A DNA stretch of 64,000 bases. Origin: an uncultured Methanosarcinales archaeon. GTDB taxonomy: Archaea; Nanobdellota; Nanobdellia; Woesearchaeales; GW2011-AR9. Below, in pieces: positions 18,437 to 28,675 of the stretch (its first letter is position 1; every line of letters begins with the position of its first letter). Under the pieces are notes generated by a model. The model did no database searches. It saw only the letters and a program-made list of their open reading frames with translations, and was not told the DNA's origin. The DNA is taken from assembly GCA_964344235.1 (NCBI GenBank), contig CAYFMJ010000003.1:16054-80053 (forward strand), written 5' to 3'. A program made the translations under genes and the position numbers.

Positions 18437-20163
18437 TATGCTACCTCCATGTATATCCCTTCTCCGGTGAAAGGGTTATGTAATTCAATCGTTTGCTCTC
18501 TACCTGGACCTACGCCAATTGAATAGATTCTTACACCAGTTAATTCCGCAATTCGTGTAACATATTTTCGTGCGTTTTCTGGTAACTCTTCAAATGTTCT
18601 AGCTTTTTCGACTTCTTTTGAATCCCAGCCTGCTAACGTTTCGTAATGAGCAACTGCTTTATCTAGTTGGTAGAGAGGAATTTCTTTGTGAACTTCACCA
18701 TCAACAGTGTAATGTGTTAAGATTTTAACTTCCTCAAAGTCTCCCAAACAATCAAGTTTTGTCAATGCTAAACCGGTTAAGCCGTTAACACGGACAGCAT
18801 GGCGTAATGAAGCAATGTCTAACCAACCAGTTCTTCTTGGTCGACCTGTTGTTGCACCATATTCCTGTGCTTTAACCATTGTAGCCATTCCGAGAATATG
18901 GTTATATGCATCTTGCAGGAAGAACTCCTGCTCATTATTTGCTGAAGATAATCGATCCTGAGTTTCATGAAGGATACTTAATATTCGACCAGTCACTCCA
19001 TCATATTCAAGATTAGTTGCAACCTCAATCATATTATCAACAATAAATTGATAATCGCTTGAAAGGGAATATTCTGAAGCCCAGTGTTTCCTAATTCTCC
19101 GTTGATCAGCTGTTTCAAGTTGATTGAAATCTTCAATGCTGATTCCCTCATTTTCACAAAGATAATCCATCAACTCTTTTTTCTGCAAATTTTCATTGAC
19201 TAATTCTGAAGGGAACGGACCATCTCCAACCCGAGTCATTGTAAGTTTTACAATACCAACAATATCATCAAGAGTTCCTGGACCAACGCCAGCACCAGTA
19301 CAAGCGCCACCAGCAATAGGATGAGAAGAGGTTACGTAACGATATGTTCCGTGTTTAACATCTAAGAACGTTCCTTGTGCTCCTTCATAAATAATATTTT
19401 TATTGTCATCACGAGCCAAATCTATTTTCTTGGAGCCATCAACAAACTGAATGCCCCTTCTTAGCAGCTCATTAACTTGTTTTTCTAGGTCTTTGAAGAT
19501 TTTTCTCGCTTCTCTAGTAACTCTTTTATCACCCACTCTACTTTTCTTACCGTAACGCCAATGCCGAACTTGCTTCTCAAGCATCTCTTGTGCAACTTCT
19601 GGTCGATGAATAATGTCCCCGTATGTTACAGCCCTCCTGCCAGCACGATCTTCATACGCAGGCCTAATACCATTACGTGTTGAGCCAACACCATTACCAG
19701 AAACTTCATGGGAGACATCTTCTTCCAAATGTAAAGGTGTAATAATATCAGTATTTTCAGACACATATAAGCGATTTTCGAGATCAAGAGGTTTTGTCAC
19801 CCCATCAACTGTCACGGTTTTACCATGAAGTTCATCAAGTTCAGTAATTATTTCATTGGGGCTAACAACAACACCATCACCCAGAAGAATGTCTGCTTCT
19901 AAATTCATGATACCAGAAGGAATAACGTGAAGAATGTATTTATCACCATTAATAACAAGGGTATGGCCAGCATTGCCGCCGCCATTGTATCGTACTATAA
20001 GGTCAGCTAAATCCACATACCTGTCTACTTCTTTCCCTTTGCCTTCATCTCCCCAAGCGGTTCCAACAATAACAACACTTTTTGATTCTTCAGGTTTGAT
20101 AGAAGGGAGTTCTGTAAGTTTATATTCAAGACTGATTAAAGGAGAGTCTGGGAGACGGGACAC
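18436..20163 (-). CDS. purA: Adenylosuccinate synthetase, long form with insertions (575 aa)
   Basis: P-loop GDEGKGK, NAGHTLV, and the GATTGRPRRTGWLD IMP/GTP-binding block. Confidence 0.85.
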   Translation of the reverse strand: MSRLPDSPLISLEYKLTELPSIKPEESKSVVIVGTAWGDEGKGKEVDRYVDLADLIVRYNGGGNAGHTLVINGDKYILHVIPSGIMNLEADILLGDGVVVSPNEIITELDELHGKTVTVDGVTKPLDLENRLYVSENTDIITPLHLEEDVSHEVSGNGVGSTRNGIRPAYEDRAGRRAVTYGDIIHRPEVAQEMLEKQVRHWRYGKKSRVGDKRVTREARKIFKDLEKQVNELLRRGIQFVDGSKKIDLARDDNKNIIYEGAQGTFLDVKHGTYRYVTSSHPIAGGACTGAGVGPGTLDDIVGIVKLTMTRVGDGPFPSELVNENLQKKELMDYLCENEGISIEDFNQLETADQRRIRKHWASEYSLSSDYQFIVDNMIEVATNLEYDGVTGRILSILHETQDRLSSANNEQEFFLQDAYNHILGMATMVKAQEYGATTGRPRRTGWLDIASLRHAVRVNGLTGLALTKLDCLGDFEEVKILTHYTVDGEVHKEIPLYQLDKAVAHYETLAGWDSKEVEKARTFEELPENARKYVTRIAELTGVRIYSIGVGPGREQTIELHNPFTGEGIYMEVA

Positions 20164-20235
20164 TCACCATTCACCCCAAATAGTAGAATCAATTATGTCC
20201 ATAGCGATCACTCTGGAAATGGTAATTTCATTTAA

Positions 20236-20505
20236 ATGCATTTATACAACGTAACATGGAGAATGCAGAACATAGTAAAAATTATAAACTCTATTTTGTT
20301 TCTTAGTGGGATGGTTGATAGAGAGTTTATTTTATGGAGTAATGTTGTGGTGTTTAGTGTTGTGTTAATTCTGCATCTCGTCAGAGGTATTTGGGGATTA
20401 GAGTTAACGTTAGGAACGTGGGGTGTGCCGGTATGGTTTAGTATTATTGCGGTATTGTTATTAGGATTTTTGGTTGTGGTAAACTGGAGGTTGTTACACA
20501 AATGA
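20236..20505 (+). CDS. Small membrane protein
   Basis: Two or three hydrophobic helices. Its stop overlaps the next start (ATGA). Confidence 0.35.
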   Translation: MHLYNVTWRMQNIVKIINSILFLSGMVDREFILWSNVVVFSVVLILHLVRGIWGLELTLGTWGVPVWFSIIAVLLLGFLVVVNWRLLHK

Positions 20506-20792
20506 AGGTTACTATTGATACTAAAGAGGATAGTCACGAAGATATTCAGAAAGTGATTCAGATTCTTACGAATATGTTACATCAGAAAGAAGTTGTTACG
20601 CCAACTGCCCCCGTGGAAGATACAACGAACATGATGAGTATGTTCGCTAATCCTACTGCGCATGTGAAAGAAGAAGTTCCAGTGGCTGCTGAACCCGTAC
20701 AGGAAAGTGCTCCTGATTTTAGTGCGTTTCTTAACCTCGCTGCAGAAGAGAAGAAAGAACCAGACGATGAAGCGAAGATTGAGTTTTTCTAA
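20502..20792 (+). CDS. Hypothetical acidic protein
   Basis: ORF translationally coupled to the preceding one. Confidence 0.35.
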   Translation: MKVTIDTKEDSHEDIQKVIQILTNMLHQKEVVTPTAPVEDTTNMMSMFANPTAHVKEEVPVAAEPVQESAPDFSAFLNLAAEEKKEPDDEAKIEFF

Positions 20793-21010
20793 GCTGTTGC
20801 AAGAATATTTTTAACATTAACATTGGTTAAAGATTCCATAGGGATTCTTTTACTTGCATCTAAAATTTCAATACCCAAAATATTTCCATCACTATCTAAA
20901 TCAATAATGGTAAAATCATCAATTTTTTTATTTGAGGCAAATGTTCCCTTACGGAACTCTATATACACTGCATCTGCTTCTTTATCGTAGCTAATTTCCA
21001 TTATGAGCAA
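20789..21010 (-). CDS. DUF2283 family protein
   Basis: MEISYDKEADAVYIEF is the canonical DUF2283 start. Confidence 0.6.
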   Translation of the reverse strand: MLIMEISYDKEADAVYIEFRKGTFASNKKIDDFTIIDLDSDGNILGIEILDASKRIPMESLTNVNVKNILATA

Positions 21011-21011
21011 T

Positions 21012-21476
21012 TTATTCCTTCTGTAAGTACGCTAGCTCTTCCGCAAGTATAACATGAAGAGACAACTTTTGGTCTTTTAGAAAATCCATCCCTAGTATTG
21101 ATGGAAGAGATTCCGCTATTTGCATATTCTTTTCTGAAGTTTTTGTTGTCTTTAAAGCTTTGAGGCTAACATCCAGTTCAATATGGCCCGTGCCTTTTCC
21201 TTCTTTTAACAAATACATTTTTATCTTAGGAATAGAGATGTGTTTAAAGCGGGATCCACCAAAATGCACTTCGCCGGAAGAGTTTCTACCTTTCAGAGGA
21301 ATTTGCAACACTTTAACGTCCTTGCCACTTAGATAAGAGTCGGGACTTCCAGTATCAATAACAAAGTTCATTAATCTTGGTTTGTGGATTCTAAGACTTT
21401 CACAGATTATCATTGAAGTTAAAACTAATCGCCCCTCGGAAATTTGTAATGGGATTCTTGTACCTAATTTAACCAT
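21012..21476 (-). CDS. Retropepsin-like (clan AA) aspartic protease
   Basis: The FVIDTGSPDSYLS D-T/S-G active-site motif falls in the expected position of a ~150-aa retropepsin fold. Confidence 0.55.
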   Translation of the reverse strand: MVKLGTRIPLQISEGRLVLTSMIICESLRIHKPRLMNFVIDTGSPDSYLSGKDVKVLQIPLKGRNSSGEVHFGGSRFKHISIPKIKMYLLKEGKGTGHIELDVSLKALKTTKTSEKNMQIAESLPSILGMDFLKDQKLSLHVILAEELAYLQKE

Positions 21477-21482
21477 TTTTAA

Positions 21483-21722
21483 TTAAAGAATAGCCTTTAC
21501 TTTGCTTACAAATCTAATGAATATATTAGAAGTATCAACACCATCTTTACGTAATTTAGCCATCAGGCCATCAAGGCTCTTATCAGAATCTACTACTCTC
21601 TTATTATGAAAGGCAATGAACTTATTATTATACTTTGATTTAATTAATGTAAGGTTCTTATCAAACCATTGTATATCTTCTCTTCCCTGAAGCAGAGTTT
21701 GGGCAATAATGTTACTTTCCAT
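21483..21722 (-). CDS. Small protein, first gene of the protease operon
   Basis: 79-aa ORF ending 6 nt before the protease start. Confidence 0.35.
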   Translation of the reverse strand: MESNIIAQTLLQGREDIQWFDKNLTLIKSKYNNKFIAFHNKRVVDSDKSLDGLMAKLRKDGVDTSNIFIRFVSKVKAIL

Positions 21723-21798
21723 AATAATGTTTCACTTTAGTGTTATAAATGGTTTTACTTTTTAATGGTTTCGTACTAGTATTATTCATTTCCATTTT

Positions 21799-23037
21799 CT
21801 AAATAAATAACAATCCAATTCCAGCTGCAATTAGTAGAGCAAAGGCACCTACAACGTATTTCCGGAATTGTGGTGTGCCAAACCAGAAGGCGATGCCGCC
21901 TTTCACTGCTACGTTTGTTAGGGTTGCTATGATAATTCCATTACGAGCTGTTTCTACTGAGATAGATGTCTTTGCTAATTGTGCTAGTGATAACGTAATT
22001 GCATCAACGTCAGCAAAGCCGGAAATGAAACTGGCGATGTAGATTCCTCTTGAGGAGAAGTAGACTTCTGCGATCTTTACTAATGCCAAAATAACAGCGA
22101 AGAATATTCCAAATGTTAACGCTGGTTTGATGGTAAATGGGGATTTGAGTGTAATTTTCTTTTTGGTTTTAGACGCTCCTCTCCAGAGAAGATAGGCAAA
22201 GAGAATCGTTAAACCAGCAAGGGAAAGCATGGGAATTAAGAGAGGTCGTAAGAGTGCTCTATTCACAACAAGCACTTCAAATAATATTCTAATAAACATT
22301 ATACCGTTGGCTAAGATAACTCCAAGTGCTAATGCTTTGGCTAGTTTCTTGTTACTGTTACTTCGTTGTGCAAAACTAATAGTGGTAGCAGTGCTGCTTG
22401 CCAATCCTCCAAGAATTCCAGTTAATGGAATCCCACGTTGACCGAACCATTTCATTAAGATGTATCCCGCAAAACTAATTCCTGAAATGAAAACGACCAT
22501 GAGCCAGATAATGAATGGATTAAAAATACCATGTGGCCCATACGCTTGGTTTGGCAGTAATGGTAAGATCAAAAAAGCGATCACTGCAAATTTTAATGTG
22601 TCTGCTAACTCTTGCTTTTTCATTTTCTCTGCAAAACGATGTAAAATAGAGCGAGAGTAGAGGAGAATCGTCATCACGATAGCAATGGTGATTGCAAGGA
22701 TAAGTTCGTTGTGAAAGGCGAGAATTCCTAAGAAATAGGTAACAAAACCAGCAACTTCTGACGTCGCACCGGTATCTCTATGTGATTGGTTTTTTACAAA
22801 ATACGCCACTATAATGAGGATGCCGATTAAAGCGGAAGTTGTGATAAGTATCCAAATATTAATTGTTTCACCAAAGAATGCTGCTAATGATCCGAGAAGG
22901 GCAATGAGAGGAAATGTTCTAATCCCTGCGTAATCGTGTCCTCTCTTTTTGTAGCGGGCGTATTCCCTCTCTAAGCCAACAAGTGCACCGAGGGCTAGCG
23001 CAATGATAAATGGTTGTAAGATTGAGAATGTTACCAT
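21799..23037 (-). CDS. MgtC/SapB-family membrane protein with a DUF4010 domain
   Basis: N-terminal LALGALVGLEREY MgtC motif and a polytopic C-terminal half. Confidence 0.6.
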   Translation of the reverse strand: MVTFSILQPFIIALALGALVGLEREYARYKKRGHDYAGIRTFPLIALLGSLAAFFGETINIWILITTSALIGILIIVAYFVKNQSHRDTGATSEVAGFVTYFLGILAFHNELILAITIAIVMTILLYSRSILHRFAEKMKKQELADTLKFAVIAFLILPLLPNQAYGPHGIFNPFIIWLMVVFISGISFAGYILMKWFGQRGIPLTGILGGLASSTATTISFAQRSNSNKKLAKALALGVILANGIMFIRILFEVLVVNRALLRPLLIPMLSLAGLTILFAYLLWRGASKTKKKITLKSPFTIKPALTFGIFFAVILALVKIAEVYFSSRGIYIASFISGFADVDAITLSLAQLAKTSISVETARNGIIIATLTNVAVKGGIAFWFGTPQFRKYVVGAFALLIAAGIGLLFI

Positions 23038-23165
23038 AGTACCTCTTTTTTCTAGAAAAGTATTTTGTGGTTAATAAATGTTTTTAGTGTTGGATTTTCA
23101 AAATTTTCTTTAAACTGTAGAAAGAAATGTTTATAGAAAAGAACTTAAAGTAATGAGGATATAAA

Positions 23166-24473
23166 ATGGTAATGAAAGAATATGATGTTGTAATTGTTGG
23201 GGGAGGAGTTACGGGAACTGCTATCTTGTATACTCTCAGTCATTTTACCAATGTTGGAAGAGTTGCATTAGTTGAGAAGTATGGGAAAATAGCTGCAGTC
23301 CAGAGTTCGAAGAATAATAATTCTCAGACTCTACACTTTGGCGATATTGAGACGAATTATACTGTTGCAAAAGCTGAGAAAGTAAAAGCGGGAGCGGAGT
23401 TGGTAGCGGCGTTTGTGGAGCAAAATAAACGAAACAATTTATTTCAGAAGTTTCAGAAGATGGTGCTTGCTGTTGGTTCTAATGAGGTAAAGAGGTTAGA
23501 AGAACGGTATGAAGATTTTAAAGAATTATTTCCACGGTTACGGAAAGTCTATCGGGAAGAATTGAAAAAGTTAGAACCGAAGATTGTGGAGGGAAGAGAT
23601 GAAAATGTAGAGTTAATGGCGTTGTATACGGACGAGGGGTATGCTGTTGATTATGGAATGTTGTCTGAGATTTTTGTCGAGAAAGCAAAGAGAGATAATT
23701 ATGATGTGTTTTTGAACTCTCCCGTGACAAAAATTACTCCAGTGGACGGAAAATATATTGTCACGACAAATAAAACAGAGTTTAAAGCAAAAGTCGTGAT
23801 GATTGCTGCATCTGCTAGTAGTCTTACGTTTGCTCACAAGTTAGGGTATGGCAAAGAGTTTATTCTTCTTCCAGTTGCAGGAGATTTCTTTTGTTCAAAG
23901 AAGAAACTTAATGGGAAAGTGTACATGATGCAGAAGCCGAAATTACCGTTTGCTGCAATTCATGGTGACCCTGCTGTGGATAATGTTAATATTACACGAT
24001 TTGGGCCAATTGCGAAAGTGTTACCGATCTTAGAGAAACGTAATGTACGATCATTTTTTGATTTCGTGAAATTATTTCGATTTAAGTGGAGTGCAATTAT
24101 GAGTATTTTGAATATTTTGAAAGATCCAATTTATTATCGCTTTGTGTTTTGGAATGTGTTGTATGGGATTCCCTATTTTGGTAAGTTTTTCTTTGTGAAA
24201 GAAGTACGAAAGATCACCCCATCAATGAAACCACAGGAATTACATTACGGCAGAGCTATTGGTGGTATTCGGCCCCAGGTAGTTGATACGAAGACGAAGA
24301 AAGTGGCGTTAGGGGAAGCAAAAATTATGGGAGACAACATAATTTTTAACATTACACCATCTCCTGGTGCGTCAACATGTTTACAGAATGCAGTGGTTGA
24401 TGTGAAAAGAATTGTTGGTTTTCTGGGGAAAGAATTTAATGAAGAGAGAATGCGGAAAGAGTTGCAGCGTTAA
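23166..24473 (+). CDS. FAD-dependent oxidoreductase, malate:quinone oxidoreductase (Mqo) family
   Basis: YDVVIVGGGVTGTAI Rossmann motif; SSKNNNSQTLHFGDIETNYT parallels the Mqo [21 protein letters not shown]. Confidence 0.5.
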   Translation: MVMKEYDVVIVGGGVTGTAILYTLSHFTNVGRVALVEKYGKIAAVQSSKNNNSQTLHFGDIETNYTVAKAEKVKAGAELVAAFVEQNKRNNLFQKFQKMVLAVGSNEVKRLEERYEDFKELFPRLRKVYREELKKLEPKIVEGRDENVELMALYTDEGYAVDYGMLSEIFVEKAKRDNYDVFLNSPVTKITPVDGKYIVTTNKTEFKAKVVMIAASASSLTFAHKLGYGKEFILLPVAGDFFCSKKKLNGKVYMMQKPKLPFAAIHGDPAVDNVNITRFGPIAKVLPILEKRNVRSFFDFVKLFRFKWSAIMSILNILKDPIYYRFVFWNVLYGIPYFGKFFFVKEVRKITPSMKPQELHYGRAIGGIRPQVVDTKTKKVALGEAKIMGDNIIFNITPSPGASTCLQNAVVDVKRIVGFLGKEFNEERMRKELQR

Positions 24474-25309
24474 CGATGCTGTATTAAACCATACTTTTCA
24501 CCCAAGCGAGCAGCAATGAGGTTTGCTCCTGCGAGGTTAACAACACCGGCAACTAATTGTGAACTCGGAACTGTATCAACCCTTTCTGATCGAAGAAAGT
24601 CTTTCGATAATGCGTACAGTGCTACTTCTGCTGGTTGCCGTGCGGAAGGAAAGACTAGTCCTAACCTTAGCTCTCTACCACCATGCACATGGGTATAGGC
24701 AATCATAATAGCATCCCGGCCAGAGTGCTGTGGAATAACTGTTAGATTCCTTTCAAGTGCTGTCCTAGTTTCTTCTAGGTGTTGCTCTGTAAGTGCAAGT
24801 GAACTGAAATCTCTCATAGACCCATGTTCTGGGGAAGTTCTTATTAGACTATCGTAAAAAGCAGCAGTGCTGTTATAACTCAAGTATGCCAAAGAAGCTT
24901 CACGACGGACGTCTGCGCAATCTATTTCATCAAGAGGATTTGAACGGTCAAGATATTCAAAACCATCGTCTCGAGTGACAATAGTAACTTCTGTGTCTGA
25001 TCCTTCTAATTGGGGTAATAGTTCCATTAACTCTACACAACGACGGGAACCATTATCGTCCAAATCGTGCCGTGACAATTCTTGCCCAGTTATATGGTGG
25101 CGTAAGTATTGTAATCGATCAGAAAGGGGAAGTGCTTCATAGCGTGCGACTTCCGCTTCTAATTCTGCCGTAAATAATTGTTCATCTGTTGGAGTGGTTG
25201 GTTTTGGCACAGTGGCACATGCTTCTACTACTGCAGCTAAGCCGCCGAAAGCTGTCACTACAGCACCAGCACCAAGCCTTCGTAACGCATCTCGTCTTGC
25301 GAATGTCAT
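24470..25309 (-). CDS. Secreted protein with a twin-arginine (Tat) signal; Ala/Arg/Leu-rich, compositionally atypical
   Basis: The N-terminus MTFARRDALRRLGAGAVVTAFGGLAAVVEA is Tat-like. The locus appears more GC-rich than its neighbours. Confidence 0.5.
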   Translation of the reverse strand: MTFARRDALRRLGAGAVVTAFGGLAAVVEACATVPKPTTPTDEQLFTAELEAEVARYEALPLSDRLQYLRHHITGQELSRHDLDDNGSRRCVELMELLPQLEGSDTEVTIVTRDDGFEYLDRSNPLDEIDCADVRREASLAYLSYNSTAAFYDSLIRTSPEHGSMRDFSSLALTEQHLEETRTALERNLTVIPQHSGRDAIMIAYTHVHGGRELRLGLVFPSARQPAEVALYALSKDFLRSERVDTVPSSQLVAGVVNLAGANLIAARLGEKYGLIQHR

Positions 25310-25369
25310 CTTAGTCTCATACCAGCGTATATTTTAAAAAACTTTCCGAGAAGAATCACTGAAGGGGAA

Positions 25370-27856
25370 CTAACCCCATTCATCTAAGCCTTTTTGTTCT
25401 TGTAATTTCTTCGCTTTTATTTTACGCATCATGTCATCATCTTTTTCTAAAATAGATTGCACTTCTTTTGCTCTTAGAACAACAGAAGCAGGTAAACCAG
25501 CTAATTCCGCAACATGAATCCCATAACTTTGATCCGTCCCGCCAGGAATTAATTTACGTAAGAAGATAATCTCTCCTCCCACATCTTTCACAGCGATGTT
25601 ATAGTTTTTGATGTTAGAGAATTTTTCTTCTAACTTATTCATGACATGGTAATGTGTCGCGAATAACGTTTTTGCTTTAATGTGGTTGTAAATATGTTCG
25701 GCAACACTCCATGCTATGGAAACGCCATCAAATGTTGAGGTCCCTCTACCAATTTCGTCTAAGATAAGTAGACTTCGTTCTGTTGCGTTGTGTAAGATAT
25801 TAGCGGTTTCACTCATCTCTACCATGAACGTTGATTGACCGGCGCTAAGATCATCACTTGCACCAACTCGTGTGAAGATTCGATCGGTAATGCCAAGTGT
25901 GCATTCATCGGCAGGAACGAAGCAGCCAATTTGTGCAAGTAGAACAATAAGTGCAGTTTGTCGCATGACTGTTGACTTCCCTGCCATATTCGGTCCAGTA
26001 ATGATCATCATCTCGCCGTGGTTGAGAATAATATCATTAGCAATGAAGCGTTGTTCGATTTTCTCTACAACAGGATGTCTACCGTTTGTGATGTGCAAAA
26101 CATTTTGTTCCGTAAATTGTGGTTTAACGTAATTATTTTCCATAGATACTTTAGAGAATGAGGAAAGTACATCAAGTACTGCAATTTTTCTTGCTGTGGA
26201 TTGAATTGTTTTGGTCTCCTTGGCTATTGTAACAAGAATCCCTTGAAAGAGGTTGTATTCTAATTCGTTGATTTTTTCCTGTGCTCCTAAAATTTTTTCT
26301 TCTTCGATTTTAAGCTCTTCAGTGATGTACCGTTCAGCATTTGCTGTTGTTTGTTTACGGATGTACGTTCCGGGAACGAGGTGGATATTTTTCTTAGTCA
26401 CCTCAATAAAATAGCCGAAGACTTTATTGTATTTTATTTTAAGAGAACTAATACCTGTTTTCTGCATTTCCTGCTGTTCTAATTGTTGTAAGAATGTTTT
26501 ACTGTTGGTTTTGATGTTATGTAATTCTGCTAACTCTTCGTTGTAGGACGGTTTGATGATATTACCTTCACGAATGGTAATAGAGGGTTCTTCTTTGATA
26601 GATTTGTGGAGAAGTGTTGTTAGTTCTGTCAAAGGGTTGATAGTGTTTATTTTTTGTAGTAGTGGAGTTTGAAATGTTGCGAGTTTTTCTTGTAAATGTG
26701 GAATAGTTTGTAATGATTGTTTTAATGCCAGAAGATCTTTAGGATTCGCAGTGCCTACATTAACTTTACCAATTAATCGCTCTAAATCATAGACACTTTT
26801 GAGGAGTGTGATGATTTCCTCTCGTTGAATAACATGTTGATTGAGTTCTTCCACTGCACTTAAGCGATGTTGAATACGTTCTGCTTGGAGAAGAGGTTGT
26901 TTTATCCATTGTTTTAATAATCTTGAACCCATTGGTGTGGTAGTTTTGTCAATGATGGAGAGAAGTGTTCCTCTACTAGAATTGTCTTTGAGGTTTTTGA
27001 TTAATTCTAAATTTCTAAACGTAGAAGAGTCGAGGAGCATGGTATTAGTGCTTTGTAAAGAAATGCGTTTGATGTGGGATAAAGCGTTTCGTTGCGTTTC
27101 TAAGAGGTATTGTAAGAGTGCACCTGAGGAGGAGATCAGTAACGGTTCCTCTAAGCCGAATTGTGTTAATGAGGAGATATTGAAATGGTTTTGGATAGTA
27201 GTAGTGGCGTTATCTTGCTTAAAGTAATAATCATCAAATGTATTGAGAAAACAACTGGTAGCAGTGATTTTTTCTGTAAGTTCTTTGTTTACTTGTAATG
27301 TTGTTGGAATAATACATTCCTTTGGTTGGTATTTGGTGATGTAACTGATAACGGTGGGAAGAGAAGAAGTGAGAGTTGTAAAGAATTCTCCTGTTGAAAG
27401 GTCGCAAAACGCTAAAGCATAATGATCTGCTTTAGCTGTGATTGTAAGGATGTAATTATTTTCTGTTTCATCTAACATGGACGATTCCATGATGGTTCCT
27501 GGAGTGACAATTCGTGTGAGGCCTCTTTTTACGAGTCCTTTTGCTTGCTTAGGATCTTCCAGTTGTTCGATAATCGCTACTTTGTAGCCTTTCTTTACCA
27601 GTCTGCCAAGATAATTGTCAAGAGCATGATAGGGAATGCCTGCTAATGGAGCGCGTTTTTCTCCTTTCCCTCGTGCGGTAAGCGTGATTTCTAATTCTTT
27701 TGCTGTTATGATGGCATCCTCATAGAATAATTCATAGAAATCCCCCATGCGCATCATGATAATGCAGTCAGGGTTTGCTTTTTTTGCATCTTGATACTGC
27801 CGCATCCCGGGGGTTAGTTTAGAAGTAGGGATAGTAAGGATTGAGACGGGTTCCAT
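25370..27856 (-). CDS. mutS: DNA mismatch repair protein MutS (MutS1 type)
   Basis: N-terminal mismatch-binding GMRQYQD...GDFYELF; ABC ATPase Walker A GPNMAGKST and DE box DEIGRGTS; ~830 aa. Confidence 0.9.
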   Translation of the reverse strand: MEPVSILTIPTSKLTPGMRQYQDAKKANPDCIIMMRMGDFYELFYEDAIITAKELEITLTARGKGEKRAPLAGIPYHALDNYLGRLVKKGYKVAIIEQLEDPKQAKGLVKRGLTRIVTPGTIMESSMLDETENNYILTITAKADHYALAFCDLSTGEFFTTLTSSLPTVISYITKYQPKECIIPTTLQVNKELTEKITATSCFLNTFDDYYFKQDNATTTIQNHFNISSLTQFGLEEPLLISSSGALLQYLLETQRNALSHIKRISLQSTNTMLLDSSTFRNLELIKNLKDNSSRGTLLSIIDKTTTPMGSRLLKQWIKQPLLQAERIQHRLSAVEELNQHVIQREEIITLLKSVYDLERLIGKVNVGTANPKDLLALKQSLQTIPHLQEKLATFQTPLLQKINTINPLTELTTLLHKSIKEEPSITIREGNIIKPSYNEELAELHNIKTNSKTFLQQLEQQEMQKTGISSLKIKYNKVFGYFIEVTKKNIHLVPGTYIRKQTTANAERYITEELKIEEEKILGAQEKINELEYNLFQGILVTIAKETKTIQSTARKIAVLDVLSSFSKVSMENNYVKPQFTEQNVLHITNGRHPVVEKIEQRFIANDIILNHGEMMIITGPNMAGKSTVMRQTALIVLLAQIGCFVPADECTLGITDRIFTRVGASDDLSAGQSTFMVEMSETANILHNATERSLLILDEIGRGTSTFDGVSIAWSVAEHIYNHIKAKTLFATHYHVMNKLEEKFSNIKNYNIAVKDVGGEIIFLRKLIPGGTDQSYGIHVAELAGLPASVVLRAKEVQSILEKDDDMMRKIKAKKLQEQKGLDEWG

Positions 27857-27899
27857 AGAGGATTTTTAGGAGAAATCATGTTTAAAAAGATTGTTGTGG

Positions 27900-28655
27900 T
27901 TAAGTGGTAATGGGTGAGGATCTTCCAATTGATTTATAGCAATCTGCAATAACACTTTTAACTCGGTCTTTCGTTGCTTCTGTTGTAAGATGGTTATTCG
28001 AGAACACATCGTAGAGAGACTCTAGAGCTCGAAGTCTTCTTTCAGTCCTTGGGAAAAGTTTACGTCTCCCTCTATTCTGCTCTTTTATTTCCCAAGCTCT
28101 AAATTCCAGCTGCATGGCTAAATCCGATTCCCCTTTGTAAGGGTAGCGCTGCATAACCGGGAGGCGAACCTGATGTCCAGTGCCATTTGTTTTACCACGA
28201 TATAACGAGTGAGTGTATACTCCACTATTTTTCTTTCTTGAATGTAATCCAATTTTCCAATGGCCCTGATCTTTTCCAAATACCCTACGTTCAGGCACGC
28301 CAATTGTTCTAGCTAGTTGGCCTAACTCAAAATCTCGTGGGATAACTCTACCAATTTCAAGTTTCTCAGCCATATACATTGCTGCAGCTAAAGCAAAGTA
28401 GGGAAGGTGGATTCGACTCGGATTAACAATTTTTTCCATATGTTCATCGTAACCACGCCAATGTTTAAGATCTCTGAAGAAGTCATAACCACATTCAATT
28501 GCATCAATGAATAAAACAGGTGATTGTTCACGATCCATACAAACAAAAGCTCGCATAAAGACAGAGAATTTTGCAGGAGGGACCTTAGGAACTGTTTTAT
28601 CAAGTCCTAAGATATAAATTGAGCCACCCATCTGAGCATCATGAAGGATTTTCAT
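27900..28655 (-). pseudogene. C-terminal piece of a gene that appears split by frameshifts across three consecutive frames (28945-29157, 28676-28951, 27900-28655)
   Basis: Three same-strand ORFs in different frames, separated or overlapped by at most 21 nt. No recognisable domain. Confidence 0.35.
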
Positions 28656-28675
28656 TCGTCCCCAAGTTGTTGACC

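Noticed and set aside
19940-19990. Possible intein in PurA, given its extra ~140 residues
   Set aside because: The insertion has no Cys/Ser-first and His-Asn-last boundary residues or Hint blocks, and the insert is too short.
20232-20537. Minus-strand ORF (101 aa) overlapping the two small plus-strand genes
   Set aside because: Its Asn/Thr/Leu low-complexity translation looks like AT-rich antisense noise; the plus-strand ORFs give more protein-like sequence.
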